Source of the DNA: Trueperaceae bacterium
Lineage (GTDB): Bacteria > Deinococcota > Deinococci > Deinococcales > Trueperaceae
Assembly: GCA_040905465.1 (NCBI GenBank)
Contig: JBBDRK010000072.1
Coordinates: forward strand, 17,851-81,850
Length of the DNA: 64,000 nucleotides
Reading direction: 5' to 3'
The translations under genes and the position numbers were made by a program. The notes beneath the pieces were generated by a model. It did no database searches and was not told the DNA's origin. It saw nothing but the letters and a program-made list of their open reading frames with translations. This document shows positions 10,246 to 18,768 of the stretch, piece after piece. Position 1 is the first letter of the stretch; each line of letters opens with the position of its first letter.

Positions 10246-11130
10246 TCAGGCGCTCCCGAACAGACGGGTGAATGCCCGAAGTGCGAGATGGCTTTCTGCC
10301 TGTTGACGCGGTGCCGCAATCTGCTTGGCGCCGGCGGCCTCCGCCGGTGCCCTGCGACCGAGTTGCAGCGCCGCCAGGTCGCCGTCCTGCTCGCGCAGGG
10401 CCGTTGCCATCTGGGTCCACAGCCCGCCGGACGGTGAGTGGTAGAGAGTGAGGTATTGAACCGGAACCTTTACCCGCTGCAGCAGCAAGGCGTCCTTGGC
10501 CAGATTGCGGATCCGCATCGGGGTGATGGCGCGGTGCGGGCGACGGGGCAGCTCGGCCAGCTTCAGCCGGCCCGAGGTTCGAGACGCGTAGCAGAGCTCG
10601 CCTACCAGCGTGGAAGGTCCGAACCAGGTGTCCGACGGCCTCAGTGCCGGCCGTTCCGCCAAGAGTCGATTGGGCGGAGCCACCTCGAACCTCAGCCAGA
10701 TTGGCGTCGACACGTATAGGGTAACGTCCTCGCCGCTCGGCACGTATAGCGGCGTTTCCGGCCGCACGACCACCGGCCGGTCGGCCAACAGCGCGCTAAC
10801 AGTCAGGTTCATCCCGTTGCTGCCGACGGCGAAGCGGTCCAGCGTGGCGTCGGGGTCGATCTCGTCGGCATTGCAGATGGTCGCCGCCTCGATCTCGGTG
10901 TCATCACCGGCGGGACGTTCCAGTCGGTGCAGCCGCCACTCGAACTCACGTCGCTCGACCCAGACCGCACTGGGACCGATGTTCCACCGCCGCACTTGAT
11001 CATCGGCGAATCCGGTCTGTCCCCACCATCGGCTGAGGTCCGGCGAATCGAGGTTGGTCGGTTCCGTTTCGATGGCGTTCAGCTTACCAACTGACCGGCG
11101 AGAGACGGCGGCTCTGGTATAAGGCAGCAT
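10246..11130 (-). CDS. conserved hypothetical protein (DUF432-like), first gene of the MscS operon; start uncertain
   Basis: 294-codon ORF with DRPVVVRP, YVSTPIW and DTWFGPSTLVGELCYA; coupled to mscS. Confidence 0.7.
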   Translation of the reverse strand: MLPYTRAAVSRRSVGKLNAIETEPTNLDSPDLSRWWGQTGFADDQVRRWNIGPSAVWVERREFEWRLHRLERPAGDDTEIEAATICNADEIDPDATLDRFAVGSNGMNLTVSALLADRPVVVRPETPLYVPSGEDVTLYVSTPIWLRFEVAPPNRLLAERPALRPSDTWFGPSTLVGELCYASRTSGRLKLAELPRRPHRAITPMRIRNLAKDALLLQRVKVPVQYLTLYHSPSGGLWTQMATALREQDGDLAALQLGRRAPAEAAGAKQIAAPRQQAESHLALRAFTRLFGSA

Positions 11131-12298
11131 GGACTGGATAGCGACGGCTCAAGAGGAGTTGCGGCGTCAGGGCCTGGCCGCCTGGCTGATCTACGATTTC
11201 CGCGGTTCGAATCCGGTGGCGAAGCGCTTCATGGGGCTCTCCGGGCTGATCACCCGCCGCGTCTTCCTGCTGGTTCCGGCTCGAGGGCGACTGACCCTGC
11301 TGGTGCACGCCATCGAGCGCGGGTCGTTGCCCGCCTTGCCGTACGAGATCGTCGCTTACAGCTCACGCGACTCGTTGGAGGCCGAACTGGCCGAGCTCCT
11401 GCCGGCGGACCGGATCGCGATGGAGTACTCGCCGCGCAACGACATACCCTACCTCTCGTTCGTCGACGCCGGAACGGTCGAACTGGTCCGTGAGTTGGGA
11501 AGCCAGCCGGTGAGCTCCGGCGACCTGCTGCAGGCTTTCAGCGCCTGGAGCCCGGAACAACTGGCGGCGCACGAGCGGGCGGCGGCGGTTCTCTATCGGG
11601 CTAAGGATGCGGCGTTCGTTCACCTTGCCGAGGAGGCCAGCGCCGGCCGAACGATCAGCGAGAGCGAAGTGCAGAAGGTGATCATCGCCGAGTTGCGCCG
11701 CGGCGGCCTGGAGTTCGACCACGGCCCGATCGTGGGTTTCGGTGAGAACAGCGGAGACCCTCACTACGCCACGCCGGCAACCGGCGGCCGCCTGCTCAGG
11801 AGGGGCGATGCCATCCTGCTCGACATCTTCGCCAAGGAACCGGGGGACGAGTCCCCCTATGCGGACATCACCTGGATGGGAGTCTATGGCGAGCCGTCGG
11901 CTCGCCTGCGCGAGGTCTTCGAAGTGGTGCGCGACGCGCGTGACCTGGCGGTAGCGACGATGCGAAAGGCCTATGACGCGGGCCGGCACCCGGAAGGTCG
12001 TGAGATCGACAGGGTGGTGCGAGACCGAATCACCTCACACGGCTTCGGCGAGGCCTTCATTCACCGCACCGGGCACAGCCTGGGGATGAACGGCACGCAC
12101 GGCGACGCGGTGCACCTGGACGACTTCGAGACCCGCGATACCCGGCGCCTGCTGCCCGGAATCGCAGTTACCGTCGAACCGGGAGTCTACCTCCCGGAGT
12201 TCGGGGTGCGCTCGGAGATCGACGTCGTGCTGGAGGCGGTCGGCCCTAGAGTCACGACCGAGCCACAACGTGAGTTGACCGAGGTGAAGGTGGCCTAG
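11129..12298 (+). CDS. M24 family Xaa-Pro peptidase
   Basis: DPHY, LLD...YADITW, HRTGHSLG, TVEPGVY and GVRSEID metal-ligand pattern. Confidence 0.92.
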   Translation: MDWIATAQEELRRQGLAAWLIYDFRGSNPVAKRFMGLSGLITRRVFLLVPARGRLTLLVHAIERGSLPALPYEIVAYSSRDSLEAELAELLPADRIAMEYSPRNDIPYLSFVDAGTVELVRELGSQPVSSGDLLQAFSAWSPEQLAAHERAAAVLYRAKDAAFVHLAEEASAGRTISESEVQKVIIAELRRGGLEFDHGPIVGFGENSGDPHYATPATGGRLLRRGDAILLDIFAKEPGDESPYADITWMGVYGEPSARLREVFEVVRDARDLAVATMRKAYDAGRHPEGREIDRVVRDRITSHGFGEAFIHRTGHSLGMNGTHGDAVHLDDFETRDTRRLLPGIAVTVEPGVYLPEFGVRSEIDVVLEAVGPRVTTEPQRELTEVKVA

Positions 12299-12369
12299 CG
12301 CTTCGAGCGGACGAGCCCCAGCTTGGGATGTTCCGCAACGCCTGTTCGCTACGCCTTTGCTCCGGTGGC

Positions 12370-12553
12370 CCTGACTTTCAGGACATCGAGAAGTGGGAGC
12401 AGGACATCGCTCGGCACCAACGATTGTTCGCTAAATTAAAGGCGAGACTTCCCGGGAGGAGGGGGATGAGCGACAGGTGGATGGACTCCCTCCCAGAGGA
12501 TGAGGATGAAGACGAAGAGGTACACGCCTGAGCCCCCGTGATCCTGGAGGCGG
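12370..12553 (+). pseudogene. internally deleted, fused remnant of a paralog of the 13627-14087 gene pair
   Basis: Encodes DIEKWEQDIARHQRLFAKLKARLPGRRG (cf. DIVKWEKDVARHQRNLSKLTARLPGRRR) joined to MS-DRWMDSLPEDEDEDEEVHA (cf. DRWLDSLPDDDLPEDEDEDEEVHA). Confidence 0.8.
12489..12553 (+). repeat. 65-bp perfect direct repeat, copy 1 (copy 2 at 14045-14109)
   Basis: cctcccagaggatgaggatgaagacgaagaggtacacgcctgagcccccgtgatcctggaggcgg is identical at both sites. Confidence 0.95.
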
Positions 12554-12892
12554 TAGTCCGCCGATTACCGGCAGAGATTTCCGCTTTCACGAGTGAGATC
12601 CCTGGATCCGAGACGTCAAAGTCCGTCGCCCCCGGCGGTAGCCCAAGCTGAGGCAAGCGTCGGGCTGTTGCCGACGGATACAACGGTCATCGGGTTGCCC
12701 CATTAGGATAGAGGCACGATGTGGAGCCCTGACTGCGCGAGCTGGTACGAGTGCTACGTACTGCCGCTCTGGGCAGCGCGGCCGGCATCGTGTGACGTGC
12801 TGATCGTCTAGATCTCCCTGAACGTTCACGAGTTGCAATCGGGATGCTCTTTCGTCCCGGCAATCCTCTCGTTTTAGCCAGGGAGATCAATC

Positions 12893-13519
12893 ATGGTCAA
12901 CGCCGTTCTGAACGGTTTCATACTCGGATTCATATCGTCTCCGACCTGCCCAAGCAACGCCGAGGAGGCCCGCTGGGGCAGCCGGTACGGCCTTGGCGCC
13001 GCGCTCCTGGTGGGTGCCGGCGCCATTGCCGGAGACGCTGTAGTACTGCTGTTCACGTTGCTCGGGCTCTACCCATTGCTGCTGGCATTTCCGAGTCTCG
13101 AAAGGGTCTTGTGGCTCGCGGGTTCATTTGTCCTCGGATATCTGGCTTGGGGGATGCTGCGGGAAGCGCGGCAGCCGGACCCGGCAGCAGACGAGCTCGA
13201 CGCCGCCGCGTCGCCACGGCTAGGCTTGCGACCGTTTTTCAGGGGCCTGCTGATCACCGCTCTGAACCCGTTCACGTTCGCCTGGTGGATCGGTCTGCTG
13301 GGCGTCTCGTCGCTTTCGTCCGGAGACCTCCCCATCCTCTTCGCCGGGGCGGTACTCGCAGGTTCGCTGGCGTGGTTCGTCGGCCTGGCAGGGCTTCTGC
13401 ACTTTAGTCGCGGGAAAATCTCGGAAGGTGCACGTCGTTGGATGCTTGTCGTTGGCGCCCTGGTGATGTTCGGTTACGCCAGCTGGCTGGCAGTCGAGGG
13501 ACTGACGGTGAGCTTATGA
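12893..13519 (+). CDS. LysE/RhtB family translocator
   Basis: About 6 TM segments, GFILG...PTCPSN, GAIAGD and GLLITALNP; GGGAGA SD. Confidence 0.85.
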   Translation: MVNAVLNGFILGFISSPTCPSNAEEARWGSRYGLGAALLVGAGAIAGDAVVLLFTLLGLYPLLLAFPSLERVLWLAGSFVLGYLAWGMLREARQPDPAADELDAAASPRLGLRPFFRGLLITALNPFTFAWWIGLLGVSSLSSGDLPILFAGAVLAGSLAWFVGLAGLLHFSRGKISEGARRWMLVVGALVMFGYASWLAVEGLTVSL

Positions 13520-13626
13520 GCCGCCGTCGGCGAAAAGGTGGATGAGGGGATGGGCGGCAGCGGTCTCAATATCGTCAACTACCGCCTCGAGCCCCCTCGG
13601 ACTAGCTAAGGTTCGAACAATGCTGT

Positions 13627-13824
13627 GTGGGCGATAACAAGAAGCTTCGCAAGCAAATAAGGGCCGAGGTGAGCGTTATCGACGCGCACTTGGACAAGAT
13701 TGCCAACGAGCTCTTGAATGAGTACCCGAATCGACGTGACATTGTGAAGTGGGAGAAGGATGTCGCTCGCCATCAAAGAAATTTGTCTAAGCTGACGGCA
13801 AGGCTCCCCGGGAGGAGGCGCTAA
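13627..13824 (+). CDS. small basic protein (65 aa), first gene of a putative TA-like pair
   Basis: K/R-rich, probably helical; TAATG overlap with the next gene; a paralogous remnant upstream differs largely at synonymous sites. Confidence 0.75.
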   Translation: MGDNKKLRKQIRAEVSVIDAHLDKIANELLNEYPNRRDIVKWEKDVARHQRNLSKLTARLPGRRR

Positions 13825-14087
13825 TGAGCAGCACAGAACACCTCAACTGGCTGCTGGAACAAGCGGCCGGCAATGCACGCACTTTCCTCGATGCGTGGGA
13901 GAAGCTGAAGAGGGCGGACGCCGACTCTGACGAGCATGTGACGCTCGAGGGGGAAGTGCTGGCTTGGCTCATGCAGGTAAAGTTCGATGCCGAGGATGTG
14001 CACGCCGAGAACGACAGATGGTTAGACTCTCTGCCAGATGACGACCTCCCAGAGGATGAGGATGAAGACGAAGAGGTACACGCCTGA
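13824..14087 (+). CDS. small acidic protein (87 aa), second gene of the pair
   Basis: GGAGGAGG SD at 13811-13818; D/E-rich C-terminus; stop-start overlap. Confidence 0.78.
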   Translation: MSSTEHLNWLLEQAAGNARTFLDAWEKLKRADADSDEHVTLEGEVLAWLMQVKFDAEDVHAENDRWLDSLPDDDLPEDEDEDEEVHA

Positions 14088-14109
14088 GCCCCCGTGATCC
14101 TGGAGGCGG
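14045..14109 (+). repeat. 65-bp perfect direct repeat, copy 2
   Basis: Identical to 12489-12553. Confidence 0.95.
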
Positions 14110-14174
14110 CTAGGCCGGTTCGGCCCGGACCCCTTGGCAATGCTCGGTTCGTTACAACTTCGACGATTGCTGAA

Positions 14175-14203
14175 TTGACACCGTAGGCTAATAACGCTAT
14201 AGT
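14175..14203 (+). promoter_or_regulatory. near-consensus sigma-A promoter
   Basis: TTGACA (14175-14180), 17-nt spacer, TATAGT (14198-14203); ATG at 14215. Confidence 0.8.
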
Positions 14204-14214
14204 CTTATTCCACT

Positions 14215-15690
14215 ATGGACTCAAAAGGCAAAGGAACCCTGCAGGATCCGCGCTTCGTGGATCGCGAAAGGGAGCTGAATGAACTGCGTTCGCTCGCCGA
14301 ACGCGGCGGGCCCGCGCTCGCACTGCTGTACGGACGCCGCCGCGTCGGGAAAACCTACCTACTCGACCACGCTTGGGCAGGAAAGCGCTCCTTCTACTTC
14401 CTCGCCGGCGATACCACGGAGGAACAAAACAAACGCGAACTCCTTAGCGAGATAACGCCCCTGCTGCAAGACCCGGCTGATGCCGACCCCAGCCTGTTCC
14501 CGAGCTGGCGCCACGTGTTCCGCCTTTTCGCCGACCTAGCGTCCAATGAACCCTTCGTCGTGATTCTCGACGAGTTCCAGCACCTGCTCAACAAGGAAGA
14601 AGACATCGCATCGCAACTAATGGCGGTATGGGACCGGGAAGTGCGCGGAAGGCCTCTGGTGCTCATCGCCTGCGGCTCCGAGGTCGCGACAATGGAAGAG
14701 CTCGGCAGCGGCGCCGGTCCGCTCTACGGCCGTTGGACCTGGGCCGCCCGCCTCCGTCCGTTCTCATACCTTCACGCCGCCCAAATGACACCCGAGCGGC
14801 CAACCCGCGAAAAGATGCTCCTCTACGGCATACTGGGCGGCACCCCCCGCTTCCTCGCGGCAATTCGTCCGGAGGACGACTTGGCCGAACGGCTGGTCGA
14901 GTCGGTGCTGTCGCCCCACGGCGAGGTGAACATTCAACTCGACCGGATCATCGAACAGGAAAAGGGGATCCGCGACCCTGCCGAGTACCGGGCCGTCCTC
15001 ACCGCCATCGCCAACGGGACAACTCTCCTCCCGGAAATCGCCAACGCAACTGGACTGCAGGACCGTGCGCATGTGGTACGCCGCGTTGTGGAGATCCTCG
15101 AGAACCTCGAACTGGTGTGGCGCGAGCGTAACTTTGATGCAGGCAAGAAGGCCCCTTATCGTCACCGCATCTCCGACCACGCCGTACGGTTCTGGTACCG
15201 ATTCGTGTACCCGCACAGGAGTCGACTCGAGACCGGCGATCCCAAGGAGGTGTGGATGCACCATGTTCAGCCGCACCTCGACGACTACATGGGCAAGGCG
15301 TTCGAGAGCATCTGCCGGGAGGCCTACCGGCACCACCATTTCCGCTGGGGGCTTCCCGACTTCCAACAGTGGGCCCGCTGGGAAGGGCGAGACCGTAACC
15401 GCCGAAGCATCGAACTCGACCTCGTGGCGCGCCTCGACGACGACCGAATCCTGACCGGAGAGTTCAAGTGGTCCTCGAAACCGATTGGCGCGGAGGTACA
15501 CGGGAAACTCCTTCGCAACCTCGAGGATCTCGGGCGCTCCGGGCAGGCGTGGGCGCAGGAGGCACTGCCAGGAACGCGTTCGGCGGGTCACCTCTACGTG
15601 AGCGCCGCTGGCTTCACCCCCGAACTCCAGCAACTCGCCCGGGCCGACCCCAACATCAGGCTGCTAAACCTCGACGACCTCTACGAATAG
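14215..15690 (+). CDS. archaeal-type P-loop ATPase with C-terminal DUF234/PD-(D/E)XK-like domain
   Basis: FVDREREL, Walker A GRRRVGKT, Walker B VVILDEFQ, GGTP, FWYRF and ELDLV...GEFKW. Confidence 0.88.
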   Translation: MDSKGKGTLQDPRFVDRERELNELRSLAERGGPALALLYGRRRVGKTYLLDHAWAGKRSFYFLAGDTTEEQNKRELLSEITPLLQDPADADPSLFPSWRHVFRLFADLASNEPFVVILDEFQHLLNKEEDIASQLMAVWDREVRGRPLVLIACGSEVATMEELGSGAGPLYGRWTWAARLRPFSYLHAAQMTPERPTREKMLLYGILGGTPRFLAAIRPEDDLAERLVESVLSPHGEVNIQLDRIIEQEKGIRDPAEYRAVLTAIANGTTLLPEIANATGLQDRAHVVRRVVEILENLELVWRERNFDAGKKAPYRHRISDHAVRFWYRFVYPHRSRLETGDPKEVWMHHVQPHLDDYMGKAFESICREAYRHHHFRWGLPDFQQWARWEGRDRNRRSIELDLVARLDDDRILTGEFKWSSKPIGAEVHGKLLRNLEDLGRSGQAWAQEALPGTRSAGHLYVSAAGFTPELQQLARADPNIRLLNLDDLYE

Positions 15691-15767
15691 CAGTGAAGTG
15701 GGAGGAGGATGTCGCTTCCGCTCGCCGCGTCCAGCGTACGCGAGTGTCGCGTGGTGCCTTCCAGCCG

Positions 15768-16889
15768 CTACCCCGCCGGCAGGATCCCCGTCAGCAGGTA
15801 GCCGACCAGGTAGCCTGCCCCGGCCACGCCCAGACCCACCACGAACATGTCGAAGCCGCTGCGAAACCAGTTTCGTCCCGTCAGCCCGCTGCGCGCAGCG
15901 CCCACCAGGAAGTGGGCGGTCATCGAAACGACGAACGACACTCCGATCGCCCAACTACCCCCGCCGAAGAAGAACGGCACGATCGGCACGAGCGCCCCGA
16001 AGACGGTGGAAGAGCCGGTAACGAGGCCCTCTCTCAACGGCGAGTCACCCTCCTCGCCAATACCGAGCTTCTCCTTCGCCAGTTCCTGCAAGGCCACCTC
16101 GGGGTCGCCCATCACCCGAGATGCCGCCGTGTCTGCTTCGTCGCGAGACAACCCGCGGTCCTGGTAGACGTCGGCAAGGTAGGCCCGCTCCCGCTCCGGC
16201 CAGAGCAGCAGTTCGGCACGCTGGGTGTTGAGTTCGTTGGCGTCCACTTCGCGTTGGCTCTGCGCGGCGAGGTAGCCGCTCGCCGCCATCGAGAACGCCG
16301 ACGCCACCAGGCCGGAGAAGCCGGTCAGCAGCACGATGTCGCGGCCGACGGCGGCTCCGATCACCCCGGCGATGAGCCCGAAGTTGGCGGTCAGGCCGTC
16401 GTTGAAGCCGTAGACGACGTTGCGAACCGTGCCCCCCGACTCGTTGTGATGCCACGGGTCGGATCGAATCCCGGTGAGGCGTCCGAGCGTCTGGGCGTGA
16501 GCGGCCGACTCGTGCGCCAGCTCTCGCATCCAGGGCTCGTCCACGCCGGTCTGCGCCAGCCGCAGGAAGCGACCTACCTCCCTGCCCTCTTCCAGGCGCA
16601 ACAGGGCGAGTACCAGCCGGGTTCCCAGAAAGCGCGAAACGCTCACCAGGAACCGTGCCCGCAGGCTCGGGTTGAACGACGGAGCTTCATCAAGGAGTTG
16701 CTCGAACCTCCGGCGGTGGCCGGTTTCTTCGCGGGCGAGCCGTTCCAGCACGCCTCGTATGGCTGGATCCGGCGTGCGGCGAGCGAGCGCTCCGTAGACG
16801 AACGCGCTGTCTCCTTCGTCCTGCCAGTGCTCCAGCAGTTCGCTGCGGGTGACACCTGTGGGCCCGGGCTTTCGTTCCTGAGCTGTCAG
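15768..16889 (-). CDS. ferritin/rubrerythrin-like domain fused to a VIT1/CCC1 iron/manganese transporter; probable CTG start
   Basis: DEGDSAFVY, LAREETGH and LAHESAAH di-iron-like motifs; RNVVYGFNDGL and SMAASGYL VIT1 motifs; the frame is open to CTG 16889, 7 nt after GAGGAGGG. Confidence 0.85.
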   Translation of the reverse strand: MTAQERKPGPTGVTRSELLEHWQDEGDSAFVYGALARRTPDPAIRGVLERLAREETGHRRRFEQLLDEAPSFNPSLRARFLVSVSRFLGTRLVLALLRLEEGREVGRFLRLAQTGVDEPWMRELAHESAAHAQTLGRLTGIRSDPWHHNESGGTVRNVVYGFNDGLTANFGLIAGVIGAAVGRDIVLLTGFSGLVASAFSMAASGYLAAQSQREVDANELNTQRAELLLWPERERAYLADVYQDRGLSRDEADTAASRVMGDPEVALQELAKEKLGIGEEGDSPLREGLVTGSSTVFGALVPIVPFFFGGGSWAIGVSFVVSMTAHFLVGAARSGLTGRNWFRSGFDMFVVGLGVAGAGYLVGYLLTGILPAG

Positions 16890-17179
16890 TGCTGGTCCCT
16901 CCTCGACAATGGCCGATGACCGGCTGGCGCCGACCTGTTGGCGAGCGTATCAGCTTGCCGGGCCGAGCGTCGACGTTGCTTACCGTGCTGCCTGGCGGGG
17001 GCGCTTACTGTCGGCTCCCACTTTCACTTTCGATCCGGCCGCCTAACCGCTAGGGGGAGTCGATGGCCGATCAGACCGGTGCGGTGATCGCCGTGCAGCT
17101 TCAAGTCGCGGGGTCTCAGCGGCAGGACGTCGGCAAGGGCGTAGCTCGGATGCCGTGCCGGGTCGAGGCGGCCCGAAGC

Positions 17180-17602
17180 TTACTCCGCGACCTCCCACGC
17201 CGGATTCCAGGCGATCTCCCAGAGGTGGCCGTCGGGATCCTGGAAGTACCCGGAGTACCCGCCCCAGAAGCGGCCTCCTGGCGGGTCTGTGACATTCGCG
17301 CCGGAGCGCTCTGCCTGACGCACCAGGTCGTCGACCTCCTGCTTGGACTTCACGTTGTGGCCGATGGCAAACGCCCCGCTGCTCCGTCCGCTCGCTGTTA
17401 CTTTGGCATCCTTGGCAAGCGCGGCGCGGGGGTAGAGGGCCAGTACCAGGTCGTCGTTCATCTCGAAGAAGACGACTGCTCCGTCTTCGAACTCGGTTCC
17501 GACGATCCCTTTCGTCGGCAGGCCGAGTCCGTCGCGGTAGAATGCGAGCGACCGCTCCAGATCCTCGACGCCTAGCGTAATGACCTTGATTCGGGGCCTC
17601 AT
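17180..17602 (-). CDS. VOC/glyoxalase family protein
   Basis: ITLGVEDLERSLAFY and FWGGYSGYFQDPDGHLWEIAWNP; AAGGGAG SD. Confidence 0.92.
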   Translation of the reverse strand: MRPRIKVITLGVEDLERSLAFYRDGLGLPTKGIVGTEFEDGAVVFFEMNDDLVLALYPRAALAKDAKVTASGRSSGAFAIGHNVKSKQEVDDLVRQAERSGANVTDPPGGRFWGGYSGYFQDPDGHLWEIAWNPAWEVAE

Positions 17603-17638
17603 GCTGTCTCCCTTCCGGCGGATACCTTAGATAATAAG

Positions 17639-17667
17639 TATATAGGCTGACTTGCGTTTATTGTCAA
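17639..17667 (-). promoter_or_regulatory. sigma-A promoter for the VOC gene within an AT-rich patch
   Basis: Minus strand TTGACA (17667-17662), 17-nt spacer, TATATA (17644-17639). Confidence 0.6.
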
Positions 17668-17741
17668 AGACGGCAGCCTACTCCTTCTCGGCGCGGGCTC
17701 ATAGTCTGTAGGCCCGCCCCGGCGTGCTAGACTCCGCAGCC

Positions 17742-18680
17742 ATGAAAACACCGCTTGTGGTGCTGGGCGATTATGCCTGGGACGTCCTCATACGTACCAA
17801 CACGGAGCTGCTCCAAGGCGGCGATACCTACGGCGAAGTGACGCTGTTGCCGGGGGGCTCGGCAGCCAACGTGGCGGTGTGGGCGCGCCGAGCCGGCCTG
17901 GCCACGACGTTCGTGGGCAAGATAGGCCGCGACCGCTTCGGGCAACTGGCGGTGGAGGAGCTGACCGGAGAGCTGGTGGAGGCGTACCTGCTCCACACCG
18001 AGGCGCAGCTCACCGGCTCGGTTGCTGTCTTCGTAGACCACGCTGGAGAGCGCTCGATGGTCTCGGGACGCGGCGCCGATCATTACCTGCTGCCGTCGGA
18101 ACTGCCACGTGAAGTCCTCGCCAACACGCGCCACCTCCACCTGACCGCCTGGTCGTTCTTCGCGGACCCGCCGCGCACGGCCGCCCGCGAGGCGGCCCGC
18201 ATCGCCAAGGAGGCGGGAGCGACGCTCTCATTCGATCCGGGATCGTTCCAGATGATCGGCGAGGTCGGCCTGGGAGAGTTTCTGGAGTTCACGCGCGACC
18301 TGGGGATCGACGTGCTGCTCCCGAACCATGAGGAGGGGACGGCGCTGACCGGCGAGCACCAGCCGGAGGCGATAGCCGCGGCCCTGCAGAATCTCTATCC
18401 GGGTGCGCTGATAGTTCTCAAACTCGACGCAGACGGTTCCCTGATCGTCGAAGGCGAACACCTGGAGCACATCCCGCCGGCAACCGATCGGCTGGTCGAT
18501 GCCACCGGAGCCGGAGACTCGTACGCTGGAGTGTTCCTGGCCCGCTACCTGCGCGGTTGCAGGGCCGCCGACGCCGCTCGCTTCGCCACCAGGGTCTCGG
18601 CCTGGACGATCCAGGAACTCGGGGCACGGCCCGAGCCCGACGCCGGGCTGCGCTCGCTCCTGGCGGAGGAGCTCGGTTAG
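17742..18680 (+). CDS. PfkB family carbohydrate kinase
   Basis: GGSAANVA, GKIGRDRFG, PNHEE and DATGAGDSY; extended -10 TGCTAGACT ends 8 nt before ATG 17742. Confidence 0.92.
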   Translation: MKTPLVVLGDYAWDVLIRTNTELLQGGDTYGEVTLLPGGSAANVAVWARRAGLATTFVGKIGRDRFGQLAVEELTGELVEAYLLHTEAQLTGSVAVFVDHAGERSMVSGRGADHYLLPSELPREVLANTRHLHLTAWSFFADPPRTAAREAARIAKEAGATLSFDPGSFQMIGEVGLGEFLEFTRDLGIDVLLPNHEEGTALTGEHQPEAIAAALQNLYPGALIVLKLDADGSLIVEGEHLEHIPPATDRLVDATGAGDSYAGVFLARYLRGCRAADAARFATRVSAWTIQELGARPEPDAGLRSLLAEELG

Positions 18681-18768
18681 CCTGCCCGGCGGGCCGCCCT
18701 CCCGGCCCGCGAACGCACGAGCGGGGCGTCAGCCTGCGATCGAGAGCCGACGAGCGGGAGTGGACCGC

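Noticed and set aside
12328-12531. 67-aa ORF as an intact gene
   Set aside because: It is a fusion of two truncated fragments with an unrelated N-terminus, so it is treated as a remnant; expression cannot be excluded.
12700-12830. GATAGAGGCACG upstream of lysE resembling the start of a lysine riboswitch
   Set aside because: The downstream conserved elements (AGUA, GCCGAA, CUGUC, GGAG.GCUA) are missing.
17063-17575. 170-aa plus-strand ORF with a GGGGGAG upstream
   Set aside because: It is antisense to a clear VOC gene, has no motifs, and the SD-like sequence is part of a hairpin.
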